A stretch of 64,000 nucleotides of DNA. Origin: Spirochaetaceae bacterium. Its GTDB lineage: Bacteria > Spirochaetota > Spirochaetia > DSM-2461. The position numbers were made by a program, and so were the translations under genes. Numbering within the stretch: the stretch's first letter is position 1; each line of letters begins with the position of its first letter. The stretch covers positions 1 through 64,000 of the forward strand of contig JAOPTT010000002.1 of NCBI GenBank assembly GCA_051531975.1, in the 5' to 3' direction. Shown piece after piece: positions 20,862-30,604 of this stretch. Below the pieces are notes generated by a model. That model was not told the origin of the DNA. It did no database searches and worked only from the letters and a program-made list of their open reading frames with translations.

Positions 20862-21554
20862 ATGAAGATATCAGATTTAAAAGTTGGTTATACCGATAAA
20901 AAACGAAATAGTGAAAAAATAGATTTATGGTTATATCATTTTGCGAGACCTTTCTCATGGCCATTAACCTGGTTATGCATAACTTTAGGTCTATCTGCAA
21001 GCGCTGTTACCTATATTTCAATAGTTGCTGTAATTGTTGGGGCTATCTGCCTTATTTTAGGAAATTATACTATAACCATAGTTGGGATATTACTTTTTAA
21101 TTTTTGGGTAATATTAGACTGTGTAGATGGAAATATTGCTCGGTATAAAAAAACATTTAGCCAATATGGTGAGTTTATAGATGCTGTTGGTGGTTATTTT
21201 GCTACTACATTTCTATTTTCTAGTTTAGGTTATCTATCCTATAGGCTTTTTGATGATCCTAACTATCTAATATTAGGTTTCTGGGCAACTATAAGTTCAC
21301 TATTTTCTAGACTATTATACCAAAAGTTTAAAAATACTTTTACAGACACAGATACAGTTATCAAACCTAGGGACAATTCAAGTTCCTTTCCTATGATGGT
21401 TGCTCAAAATATAGGGGCAGCTTCTGGTTTAGTTTTACCTATTTCTGTAATAGCAGTTATATTACACAAACCAAACTACATTGTTATTGTTTGGGCTGGT
21501 ATTAATACTCTTATGTTATTTTATACTTTTGTTAAGACATTAAAGGTTAGATAA
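20862..21554 (+). CDS. CDP-alcohol phosphotransferase family membrane protein
   Basis: Signature LDCVDGNIAR...GEFID. Confidence 0.88.
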   Translation: MKISDLKVGYTDKKRNSEKIDLWLYHFARPFSWPLTWLCITLGLSASAVTYISIVAVIVGAICLILGNYTITIVGILLFNFWVILDCVDGNIARYKKTFSQYGEFIDAVGGYFATTFLFSSLGYLSYRLFDDPNYLILGFWATISSLFSRLLYQKFKNTFTDTDTVIKPRDNSSSFPMMVAQNIGAASGLVLPISVIAVILHKPNYIVIVWAGINTLMLFYTFVKTLKVR

Positions 21555-21555
21555 A

Positions 21556-22644
21556 ATGAAAAAAATAGGAATATTTACTAGACCAATAGACCAGGGAACT
21601 AGTGGAAGTGGACATTATTTAAAAGAGATAGTAAAAGAGATTATTTTAGAGAACAAAGATTTTGATATAACTTTTATACACTATCAAAAAAATGATAAGG
21701 AGATTTATAAAGGGCAAAAGGAATTAATTATTCCAAGAAATCCTTTTAAAGCCTCTAAAATATTAAAAAAACATAACTTTGATCTACTACATTATAGTCC
21801 TTTAACAATTATGGCTCCTAGGTGGGGAGTTAAGTCTAAAAAAGTTGCAACTATTCATGGCGCAGAACCGGACTTGATTCCACAATATTATTCAAAGGTG
21901 AAGCAATTACATTCCAGATTAATTATGCCAATATATGCTAGATTTATGGATCACATATTTACAGTATCAGAAACAAGTAAAAACTATTTTGTTAAACAGT
22001 ATAAAATAGATCCTTTAGATATTTCTATTACATATAACGCTGTTAATAAAGCCTTTAAGCAGTTAGAGGGAACATCTTATCCAGCAAATAAAAAGTTTAA
22101 TACAGGTGATAAGTTTGTATTTCATATTAGTAAATGTTCTCACCGAAAAAATCCAGAGGGTATTATAAAAGCATTTAAACTATTTTCTAATAGTTATGCC
22201 GATTATAAATTAATATTAGCTGGTAGTGGTTGGAATTCTGAATATGTAACTAATCTACTTAAAGAGAACAGTATAGAGGATAAAGTTATATTCCCTGGTT
22301 TTGTTGCAGAGCAAGAGGTTGTTGAACTATTAAACAGTGCAACTATGTTTATATTTCCATCTTTTGCAGAGGGCTTTGGAATACCAAATGTTGAAGCTAT
22401 GTCATGTGGTTGTCCCGTTATTACAACAGGGGTTTTTGCACTACCAGAAGTAGTTCAAGATGCAGCACTTATTGTAGAAGATCCAGAAGATTACAAAACA
22501 ATAGCAGATAAAATGAAACAGATAATAGAAGAACCTTTAGTTAAGGAAGAGTTAATAAAAAAGGGACTTAAAAGATGCCAGGATTTCTCTTGGAAGGATA
22601 GTTCTAAACATATATTAAATACTTATTCTGAACTATTAAAATAA
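21556..22644 (+). CDS. GT4 glycosyltransferase (MtfB-like)
   Basis: ATIHG, TVSETSK, RKNPEG, FPSFAEGFGIPNVEAMSCGCP. Confidence 0.88.
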   Translation: MKKIGIFTRPIDQGTSGSGHYLKEIVKEIILENKDFDITFIHYQKNDKEIYKGQKELIIPRNPFKASKILKKHNFDLLHYSPLTIMAPRWGVKSKKVATIHGAEPDLIPQYYSKVKQLHSRLIMPIYARFMDHIFTVSETSKNYFVKQYKIDPLDISITYNAVNKAFKQLEGTSYPANKKFNTGDKFVFHISKCSHRKNPEGIIKAFKLFSNSYADYKLILAGSGWNSEYVTNLLKENSIEDKVIFPGFVAEQEVVELLNSATMFIFPSFAEGFGIPNVEAMSCGCPVITTGVFALPEVVQDAALIVEDPEDYKTIADKMKQIIEEPLVKEELIKKGLKRCQDFSWKDSSKHILNTYSELLK

Positions 22645-22645
22645 A

Positions 22646-22676
22646 AAAGGCTGCATAATGATGAACTGCAGCCTTT
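22646..22676. terminator. Bidirectional intrinsic terminator
   Basis: AAAGGCTGCA-N11-TGCAGCCTTT between convergent genes. Confidence 0.7.
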
Positions 22677-22683
22677 ATCTAAT

Positions 22684-23619
22684 CTATTTTCTATCTTTCC
22701 ACTGCCTATACTTAATATCTTCTAAAAGCTTTCTATTAACTGCTAGCAAATCTGCTAAAAATGCCACTAACATCATAGTTGCACCAAATAGTATTAATAT
22801 GGAAGCTAAAATAAGGGACTGTGTATGCCCTCCACCATCTTTGTTAATGATAAAATAGACATATCTAATACCGATGGCAACACCGGCTATAAACGAAACT
22901 AAACCTTTGTTAAAAAAGAATGGGAATGGTTTATATATTATTCTAACCCAGATCATTGTCTTAACAGAACGTCTAATATATGAGCTCATACTTTTAAATA
23001 GTCTAGAAGGTCTTAATTGACCATTTGTTCCTATTGGAACATTAACAATTTTAAGATTTTTAGAACCTGCTTGGATCAGAGTCTCCAATGTATATGTATA
23101 GTTATTATAAACATTTAGCTTCATTGCAGCATCTCTAGAAAATGCTCTAAAACCACTAGGAGCATCTTTTACATCTGTTCCACTAAATATTCTCATTACA
23201 TAACTACCAAGTTTCTGAAGCATCTTTTTAATTAAAGAGAAGTCTTTAATATCTGATATTGGTCTAGTACCTACAACTATATCTGCTCTCTCTTCTAAAA
23301 TTGGAACTACAAGATCTTTTATACATGAAGCTTTATATTGGTTATCCGCATCGGTATTCACAATAATATCTGCACCATTTTCTAAGCAGGCATTTATTCC
23401 TTGTCTAAAACCTTCGGCTAAACCTCTATTTTGTGCAAAACTAACAATATGGTCTACACCATACTCTTTAGCAACCTCTACTGTTTTATCGCTACTACCA
23501 TCGTTTATTATTAACCATTCAACTTTATCAATTCCAGGAATCTCTCTTGGTAACTCTTTAAGAGTAATAGGAAGACTTCCTTCCTCGTTAAAACATGGTA
23601 TCTGTATAATTAGCTTCAT
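22684..23619 (-). CDS. Polyprenol-phosphate glycosyltransferase (GtrB/DPM1-like GT2)
   Basis: MKLIIQIPCFNEE, INDGSSD, NTDADNQY, DAPSGFRA, two C-terminal TM helices; ATG 23619 overlaps the upstream TGA. Confidence 0.88.
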   Translation of the reverse strand: MKLIIQIPCFNEEGSLPITLKELPREIPGIDKVEWLIINDGSSDKTVEVAKEYGVDHIVSFAQNRGLAEGFRQGINACLENGADIIVNTDADNQYKASCIKDLVVPILEERADIVVGTRPISDIKDFSLIKKMLQKLGSYVMRIFSGTDVKDAPSGFRAFSRDAAMKLNVYNNYTYTLETLIQAGSKNLKIVNVPIGTNGQLRPSRLFKSMSSYIRRSVKTMIWVRIIYKPFPFFFNKGLVSFIAGVAIGIRYVYFIINKDGGGHTQSLILASILILFGATMMLVAFLADLLAVNRKLLEDIKYRQWKDRK

Positions 23620-24032
23620 GAATCGCTCCTTAATATTTTTTTGTGAAAAACCCATTTATCAAAAACAAAAAATTTAACTATCATTAAAAACCCTGTAACA
23701 AGAAAAATAGATATTTGTAAATGTATGCTAAGTATAGTACTTAATATTAATACAAAGAAATAGTCTATTAAATTAAATACCAGAACAAAGGATAGATAAC
23801 TTAGAAACCGTCCTTTTAGTCCACCTTTAACTTTAAATGTAACTAAAACGTTATAAAAAAAGTTATAACAAATTACGATAGGTAGAGTTAAACCATATAC
23901 TAATGGAGTTCCAAAGTTTGTAAACTCAGAATACAGGTAGGATATTAGTGCTTTTAAGAAATAACTCACTCCCCCACCTAATATAAAAAACATAAACTTT
24001 TTAGAGAAGTAGTACTTTACCAGTTTTTTCAT
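23616..24032 (-). CDS. GtrA-family lipid-linked sugar flippase
   Basis: 138 aa, four TM helices; FMFFILGG, YNFFYNVLVTF, KFFVFDKWVF. Confidence 0.8.
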   Translation of the reverse strand: MKKLVKYYFSKKFMFFILGGGVSYFLKALISYLYSEFTNFGTPLVYGLTLPIVICYNFFYNVLVTFKVKGGLKGRFLSYLSFVLVFNLIDYFFVLILSTILSIHLQISIFLVTGFLMIVKFFVFDKWVFHKKILRSDS

Positions 24033-25540
24033 TTAACTTCTTCCATTGTTGTCTCTTTAAGCTCAAATGGAAGTCGGTAACTTACTATTATTTGATTAGA
24101 ACTGTTGTTATCTAAAAAAAGAAATTGTCTACCTGATTCTAAAATTTCTTTATGAGTACTATAAGAACCAATACCATTATCTAATTGCAGAAACAGTCTG
24201 TTAACTGTATCTAAACTTTTATGGCTTAATCTTCTGCCTAATGTGAAAACATCATTCTCTAAATATGTTCCAAAAGTTCCACCTAAATCTTTTACTCTAT
24301 TAACCTCTTTCTCAAAATTAATAGTTTTAATAAAGTTGTGTTCAGAGGGTTTCAGAGGATTATTAAGATAGTTACCTGCTGATTTTGGTAAAAATGGTAA
24401 GATTATTGCCATAAAACAGATTAGACATAGAGGTAATACAAATGTAGATAAAACTATTAGTTTATTATCCATAAGCCTGTTTGCAACTGGTACAAAGCTA
24501 AATAGAGTCAAAGATATTAACATTGCAAAAAGTGGTAACAGTGGAGAGAAGTATCTAACAACAAAATCTTCCATTGGAATAAAAGGATTAACACTTTTAA
24601 TTGCAAAAGTAAGTATAAACATAAAAGTTATTATTACAGTTAATAACATTCCTACTTTCTGGGGCTGGATCTTATTCTTTAATAAAATTATTCCAGCCGC
24701 AATACCAGGCCAAGTAATTAAATGCCAGTATATTGGAAAGTTTTTAAAAGAGTAACGTTCAAAAAGACCTAAAAATGTACCATCAAACTGAACACCTTGA
24801 CCTAAAGTCATTGAACCACTACCAAAGTGGGTAGATAAAATTATTTCTAACCTTCCCATAGGGTAACCAGCAAAAACAGCATAACAAAAATGCTCAATTG
24901 AATATAAACCGGCTAAAATCAAGCAATATATAAAAGCAGACTTCAAAGATGATCTTTTAATAAGTAGTATTACCCAAGGAATCAATACATATAAGTTTGT
25001 TATTTTTGTCTCATACGCAATAAATAAAAATGTCACAGACAGGGCAAAATAGAGTTTTGACTTTCTACTACCTTTCTCTAGATCAAAAAATCTAAGTAAA
25101 AAATAGAGACTAATCAATACATAACTTATTGAGAACAGTGCTAAAAACAGTTGGCTTCCAATTCTAATTGTATAGGGGAAAAACTGAAATATAACTATTG
25201 ATAAAAATGCAACTTTTGAGCTAAAAAGGTATTTACCTAATTTGTAAATTACACCGTTTAGAACCAGAGTCATAAAAATAGGAATAAGATAAATAACCCA
25301 GGCTGAAGTTCCAAATATGAGCTGAAATAAGGCTATAGGGAATAAAATTCCCCACCTAATACTTCTATGAAAGAGCTCCCCATATGGGTAGTTATTTAAT
25401 AGAGCCTTACCATAATACCAATAGTCAATATTATCACCACCAGTATTAACTTCCATTAATGTTAGAAGCCTCAGTAAAACTGTTAAAATTGAAAATATTA
25501 TAAAAATCTTTAAATCTGAACTTAGCTTTTTAATTTTCAC
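24029..25540 (-). CDS. GT-C fold membrane glycosyltransferase (ArnT/PMT-like, GtrC equivalent)
   Basis: Many TM helices; Asp after TM1 (GGDNIDYW); IYKLGKYLFS, AYETKIT, VRYFSP; adjacent to GtrA and GtrB. Confidence 0.7.
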   Translation of the reverse strand: MKIKKLSSDLKIFIIFSILTVLLRLLTLMEVNTGGDNIDYWYYGKALLNNYPYGELFHRSIRWGILFPIALFQLIFGTSAWVIYLIPIFMTLVLNGVIYKLGKYLFSSKVAFLSIVIFQFFPYTIRIGSQLFLALFSISYVLISLYFLLRFFDLEKGSRKSKLYFALSVTFLFIAYETKITNLYVLIPWVILLIKRSSLKSAFIYCLILAGLYSIEHFCYAVFAGYPMGRLEIILSTHFGSGSMTLGQGVQFDGTFLGLFERYSFKNFPIYWHLITWPGIAAGIILLKNKIQPQKVGMLLTVIITFMFILTFAIKSVNPFIPMEDFVVRYFSPLLPLFAMLISLTLFSFVPVANRLMDNKLIVLSTFVLPLCLICFMAIILPFLPKSAGNYLNNPLKPSEHNFIKTINFEKEVNRVKDLGGTFGTYLENDVFTLGRRLSHKSLDTVNRLFLQLDNGIGSYSTHKEILESGRQFLFLDNNSSNQIIVSYRLPFELKETTMEEVK

Positions 25541-25543
25541 AAA

Positions 25544-26281
25544 TTATACCTTATAGAACTCTGTACATTCTCTATCTTCTGGGCAATCAACTTCCATCCA
25601 ACCATTATTAATATAAACAGCACTTAATGGAGTTATGTTATCCCCTATTAACTGTAAAAAGGAGGTCATGTACATGTTGTTATAATCTTTACCATCGTAA
25701 ATTTTATCTTTATCTAAACCGTGATAAAAAGTTCTAATCTCTTTCATAGCGTCTTTAGAGAACTTCATCATTCCAATATATTGACCTTGAATTTGATCAT
25801 AGGAAGTAGGTTTTTTACCAAGTTCTTTAATTGTATCGTCTGGGTTTAAGATCATTGTCTCGGCATCATCTAGTGGGTTAGGCATTCTTGCAGCCCAATA
25901 CTCTTTCCAACCCTTATCTACAATTACAGAAACTTTTTTATCTGATTTTATTAGTTTTTCTAGAACTTCATCTTTATAGATAATATCTCCATAAGTAATA
26001 ATTATTTCATCGTCCATTATCTCTTCTGCAGAGAATAGAGATGTTACCATATTTGTTGTTTCAAAATCTTTGCTAAAGTGTTTTGTTGTGCCTGGGAAGT
26101 CTATTACATCTTCTCTATACCCTGTAACAATATGGATATCTGTAATATTCAGACGTTTAAATACATCTAATTGATACTCTATTAGTGGTTTACCCTCTAA
26201 CTCAACCATACATTTTGGTATATTGTCTGTTAATGGTCTTAATCTAGTTCCTTGTCCTGCTGCTAAAATTATTACTTTCAT
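25544..26281 (-). CDS. Cytidylyltransferase, LicC/Cj1416 type (putative CTP:phosphoglutamine cytidylyltransferase)
   Basis: LAAGQGTRLRPLTDNIPKCM, TNMVTSL, YGDIIY, DDAETM, GQYIGM, GWMEVD. Confidence 0.8.
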   Translation of the reverse strand: MKVIILAAGQGTRLRPLTDNIPKCMVELEGKPLIEYQLDVFKRLNITDIHIVTGYREDVIDFPGTTKHFSKDFETTNMVTSLFSAEEIMDDEIIITYGDIIYKDEVLEKLIKSDKKVSVIVDKGWKEYWAARMPNPLDDAETMILNPDDTIKELGKKPTSYDQIQGQYIGMMKFSKDAMKEIRTFYHGLDKDKIYDGKDYNNMYMTSFLQLIGDNITPLSAVYINNGWMEVDCPEDRECTEFYKV

Positions 26282-26922
26282 ATCTGTTTATCCTTTAAAA
26301 AGTTTTTTATTAATATATTATCAAAAGACTCATTTTGTCTTTCTGGGTGCCATTGCACACCTAAAACTGGAAGTGTTTTGTGAATAAAAGCCTCTACAAA
26401 ACCATCTGATGTTGTTGCTATAACATTTAATTCCTTGGAAATATCATCTAATTTAAGTCCCTGGTTATGGAATGTATTTGTAACAACATCGGACAGTACT
26501 TTGTGTTCAGAAATTAACTTGTGTGGCTTTCTTACATGATCTTTAATTCCATGGGTTATTGTTCCACCAAAAGATACATTTATAAAATGAAAACCTCGAC
26601 ATATTCCTAAAAGTGGTATATTCAATCTGTTTGCTTCTCTTAAAAGTAGCTCCTCAGTTTTGTCCCTTTCTGGATATACATCAGAGAGTTTATCTGTTGA
26701 CTTATATAGTGATGGATCTACATTATTACCACCAATTAATACAACACCTTCAATACCTTGTATTTTAAAATAATCTAATACATTAGCTGAGTTATTTGGA
26801 ATTAATATAACCATATAACCTAGCTTTTCAAAAAACTCGATATATTCATAGGCTATTATATTACTAACTTCAATATAGTTAGGATTCTCTACAACCTTTG
26901 TAGAAATTAATAACTTTTTCAA
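26278..26922 (-). CDS. Class I glutamine amidotransferase/peptidase C26 (putative gamma-glutamyl-CDP-amidate hydrolase, Cj1417-like)
   Basis: GGNN, ERDKTE, LGICRG nucleophile elbow, QWHPER; context. Confidence 0.82.
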   Translation of the reverse strand: MKKLLISTKVVENPNYIEVSNIIAYEYIEFFEKLGYMVILIPNNSANVLDYFKIQGIEGVVLIGGNNVDPSLYKSTDKLSDVYPERDKTEELLLREANRLNIPLLGICRGFHFINVSFGGTITHGIKDHVRKPHKLISEHKVLSDVVTNTFHNQGLKLDDISKELNVIATTSDGFVEAFIHKTLPVLGVQWHPERQNESFDNILIKNFLKDKQI

Positions 26923-29900
26923 TGTATCACCTCTATTTTTTTACCTAAACAGTCCAGATAAATAGTGCTGTGTCTGCTAACTTTATCGTAGATACTATCT
27001 CCACAACCGATGGCTGCTGGTAGATCAAACTCTGCACACCGGATTGCCATATGGGAGTTTGTTCCACCATATTTTGTTATTAGACCAGCGATATTATGGC
27101 TAAAAATCCAATCAAAGCCAGGATCGGCATTTTCTATACAGACTATTTTACCCTCTATATCACTTTCACTGCCTTCTAAGACTATAATTTTACCTGTAAT
27201 CTGTTTCTGAGTTACAAAATTTGGTTTAGATTGGGCTAAAAAGAAATAATCTAGATCTTTTTCGCTTAAGATTATTTCTGGTAGTTTAATTGCCGAAGTT
27301 ATTAAGTGTTTTGACTTCCTATACTCTATTTTATCTATCCACTCATTTACTATATTTGAAGATATTGAACCGTATGCTCCAAGCTTTATATCTTCTACCA
27401 TCAGATAGGATGCATCAGAACTAGATATACCAATAGATTCACAATACTCTTTAATATAATCTAGGGCCATGGAGAGGTTTTTACTAAACTCAAATTTTGC
27501 TAACTCCCTACCCTCTGTTGCCTTTCTAATAAAGTTAAAAAGTATTGTAGAGTCAAAAGTAAGACCTTGGTCTGATAGAATATTATCAATTTTGAATAAC
27601 TGATCCGTTGTTAACTCAAAAGTAATATTTTCTTCTTTGGCTGGTTTATTATCTAAGTTAATATAGTGATCAAAATCCTGATGATAAGCTGATGAAGAAA
27701 CTTCGTAGGTACCAGGTCTTAGATGCCCATATTTTTTAATTAGCTGTTTCCGATCTCCACTATGGATATCAGTTACAAACTCTTTTGCAACAGTGTGTAC
27801 CGACTTAAAAAAGGTATCGTAGTCTGAATCTGATATTATTTTTAACTCTCTTAGAGATTTAAGTAGTATTACTCCCATAAAACCAAATCTGGCTAAGTTA
27901 GAAAATGGTAGGGTTCCCTTCTCTTTTGTTGAATCTAATAATATTATAACTTTTGAAAGTAGATCAATATTGGATTTTTTCAGATTCTCTCGAACTTCTT
28001 TTAGTGATCTGGTTTTATCTAACTCTTCATCTATAGATATAGTCTCTTCTAAAATTATAGAGTTGGTTAAACTTAAAAATGCACTGTTAATTTCTAGTAT
28101 TTCATCCCCAGTAAATCCATGTCCTTTTAGTTCTAATAATCTACGTTCAATTGTTAAATCGTAGGCTGTAAAAGCTACTAAAAATTCAACTTTATCGTGG
28201 TATTCAGGGTGTTTATTAAGTTTATCTATGTAGTAGTTAATCAGTTTATGGGCAGTTTTATCACTTAAAGATTTAGGAGTAAAGCTATTAAAGCTCATTC
28301 TAATATCAACATATGGTTTTCCACTAAAAGATAAGATACCCGGGTTATTTAGAGTATCTCTATAACCACAATCAACCCTGCTTATTGGCCATATTCTATC
28401 TGTAATAATCTCTTTATAGAGAGAAAATGCTAAAGGTTTAGGGTTTATACCTATAATCTCTGCTGGGTTCCAATCTGGCATAACTCCATATGCAGTTTTA
28501 TTACCAACTAACTTATGACTTCTGTTTTTATCCTGTTTAATATAGTCCCTAATAGCACTTAACTCGTTAGTTATATCGTTATTAAATACTTTTAAATCAT
28601 CTTTATGGGCTGCAATTGGTCTAACCTGTAAGATATATAACTTTCCGTTTGAAAATGCAAACTCAATATCTAATGAGTTAACTCCAGTAAAAGTCTCTAT
28701 CTCTCGAACAGCTAATATAAGTTCCTGAATATTTTTATCTGCAGGTAGATTGTTACTAAACTTATAAAAGATAAGTGTATGATGTTCACCTTTACTACCG
28801 GCAGTTATACTCTCAGTTGAACCTGATAGATCGTAATTTATGGTGTAATATGGTGCAGATGTTTCTAGATCTTTAGTAAAAAGGACTCCACACATAGTTA
28901 CGTCTTCTAACATCGGTTGTACTAAAATCTGGTTCAGAGGATTTTGTTCCTGATCCCCTTTAAGGTAACTATCTATTACTAATTTAGCACCTCTATGGAT
29001 ATCATTTTTATCATTAATATCAATGTTTAAAATGCTTTCATAATTTCCAGCCATAGAGCTATTTTCAGTATCTTCGTTTAGGGCTGAACTTCTAATAACA
29101 AGTTTATTTGAACTGAATTTTTCCTTTATTTCAGAAATTACACTGTCCTGGTTATTTTCATAATCCTGAACCACAAAACTATATTGTGGTAAAACAGTAG
29201 ATTTTGATAACTTATTTTCTAATGTTCTAAGTGTTTCAGCTTTAGTACCAAACTTGAAACGATATAGATCTTGGGATGAGTCTAATTCAGCCCATCCACC
29301 TTTTATATCTATTATCTCTGTTTTGCATGTTATAGATAACTCACCAATAAAATCTATAACGGATTTAAGGCCTTTATCTAAAGATGACTTTATCACTTCC
29401 GAAAATTTAGAAACTATACTTTTTTTAATAATTATTAGACCGGTAAACTCTCCTAATGCAGAACTAATATCCCCAACTTTAGAAACCTTATAACCAGATC
29501 CAGAACTGTATAATTTCTCAGCTTCAACCAAGAATTCATCAGTTCGACCTTCGTATCTTTTAGACCATAAACTATCGTAGGATATAACAAACTCAGCACT
29601 AGAAGAGAGTAGAGACTCTATTACTGCAGGTGAATAAACAATATCTGAATAGGATATAATAATATCGTCATTAAATAGGCTTATAGCTTTATATAGAGAG
29701 TATAAAGATTGGGTTTTACTCCATTTCTCATTGTAAAAGTACTTTAAACTTGGATAGTTTGACATTATTTTCTCTATCTCAAAACCACCAACTATATTTA
29801 TATCTTCTATACCATTTTTATTAAAAGCCTCTAAAGCCTTATCTAAAATTGTAGAATTTTTATCAAAATCTTCTAGACATTTTGGAATAGATTTATCACT

Positions 29901-29948
29901 ACTTAAGTGGATATTTCCTTTCCCTGCTGCTAAAATTATACCTTTCAT
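26919..29948 (-). CDS. Fusion of an N-terminal nucleotidyltransferase domain and a Cj1418-like L-glutamine kinase
   Basis: aa 1-~232 NTase (ILAAGKG, YSDIVY, GWAELD); then FGTKAETL, IRSSALNED..SMAG, GVLFT, DIEFA, ILQVRPI, MPDWNPAEIIG, YGHLRPGTY; C-terminal phospho-His domain ADPGFDWIF...GGTNSHMAIR; no PEP-binding barrel. Confidence 0.82.
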   Translation of the reverse strand: MKGIILAAGKGNIHLSSDKSIPKCLEDFDKNSTILDKALEAFNKNGIEDINIVGGFEIEKIMSNYPSLKYFYNEKWSKTQSLYSLYKAISLFNDDIIISYSDIVYSPAVIESLLSSSAEFVISYDSLWSKRYEGRTDEFLVEAEKLYSSGSGYKVSKVGDISSALGEFTGLIIIKKSIVSKFSEVIKSSLDKGLKSVIDFIGELSITCKTEIIDIKGGWAELDSSQDLYRFKFGTKAETLRTLENKLSKSTVLPQYSFVVQDYENNQDSVISEIKEKFSSNKLVIRSSALNEDTENSSMAGNYESILNIDINDKNDIHRGAKLVIDSYLKGDQEQNPLNQILVQPMLEDVTMCGVLFTKDLETSAPYYTINYDLSGSTESITAGSKGEHHTLIFYKFSNNLPADKNIQELILAVREIETFTGVNSLDIEFAFSNGKLYILQVRPIAAHKDDLKVFNNDITNELSAIRDYIKQDKNRSHKLVGNKTAYGVMPDWNPAEIIGINPKPLAFSLYKEIITDRIWPISRVDCGYRDTLNNPGILSFSGKPYVDIRMSFNSFTPKSLSDKTAHKLINYYIDKLNKHPEYHDKVEFLVAFTAYDLTIERRLLELKGHGFTGDEILEINSAFLSLTNSIILEETISIDEELDKTRSLKEVRENLKKSNIDLLSKVIILLDSTKEKGTLPFSNLARFGFMGVILLKSLRELKIISDSDYDTFFKSVHTVAKEFVTDIHSGDRKQLIKKYGHLRPGTYEVSSSAYHQDFDHYINLDNKPAKEENITFELTTDQLFKIDNILSDQGLTFDSTILFNFIRKATEGRELAKFEFSKNLSMALDYIKEYCESIGISSSDASYLMVEDIKLGAYGSISSNIVNEWIDKIEYRKSKHLITSAIKLPEIILSEKDLDYFFLAQSKPNFVTQKQITGKIIVLEGSESDIEGKIVCIENADPGFDWIFSHNIAGLITKYGGTNSHMAIRCAEFDLPAAIGCGDSIYDKVSRHSTIYLDCLGKKIEVIH

Positions 29949-30604
29949 GATCCCTTCTTATGTAGAATTAACATCTTTATTAACGAATATATATTATTAA
30001 ATGTCCAATATAATAACAGTCCAGCCGGGGATTTATATAGTAAAACTAAAAACAGTAGTGCTATTCCTACTAATTTAATTTTTTCACTTTTAATAAAACC
30101 TTTACTGTAAAAAAATGATGAAAAAAGATTAAAAAATGTCATGATAAATGGCATAACGTTTATAAAACCTAATATACCATCCTGGGTACCAAGGTTATTT
30201 AAAAACAGAAAACTTTGTCCCTGTAGTACCTCTAGGTTTGATAAAAATGTATAAGCTGCAATGAAAAATGGAACTTGTATAAAAAAGCCTAAAGTAGAAC
30301 GCAGACTATAAATAGGATGATAGGAGTATTTTTTATATAACTCTGTTGTTTTTATATACTTCTCTTCACCTTTAAAACTACTATTTATATCTTTAAGTTC
30401 TGGTCTCATGGAACTTTGAATATCTCGTTCTCTTTTTTGTAATTTCTCTGCATAGTTATATATAGGTATTAACAGAGTATTTACAAAGATACTTAACAAA
30501 ATTATAGATATACCATAACTACTAGTAAAATCAACCATGAAGCCTAAAAATAGATCCATTATAAATACTAAGGGTCTAATAAAAATCAGTTCAAAAATGT
30601 TCAT
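29945..30604 (-). CDS. Minimal YidC/Oxa1-family membrane protein
   Basis: SYGISIILLSIFVN, coiled-coil ...MRPELKDI, IQVPFFIA, FLFLNNL, PAGLLLYWTFNN. Confidence 0.8.
   Translation of the reverse strand: MNIFELIFIRPLVFIMDLFLGFMVDFTSSYGISIILLSIFVNTLLIPIYNYAEKLQKRERDIQSSMRPELKDINSSFKGEEKYIKTTELYKKYSYHPIYSLRSTLGFFIQVPFFIAAYTFLSNLEVLQGQSFLFLNNLGTQDGILGFINVMPFIMTFFNLFSSFFYSKGFIKSEKIKLVGIALLFLVLLYKSPAGLLLYWTFNNIYSLIKMLILHKKGS

Noticed and set aside
26919..29948. Annotation as PEP synthase or pyruvate phosphate dikinase
   Set aside because: No PEP/pyruvate-binding barrel; the His domain is C-terminal and the neighbours match the Cj1416-1418 set
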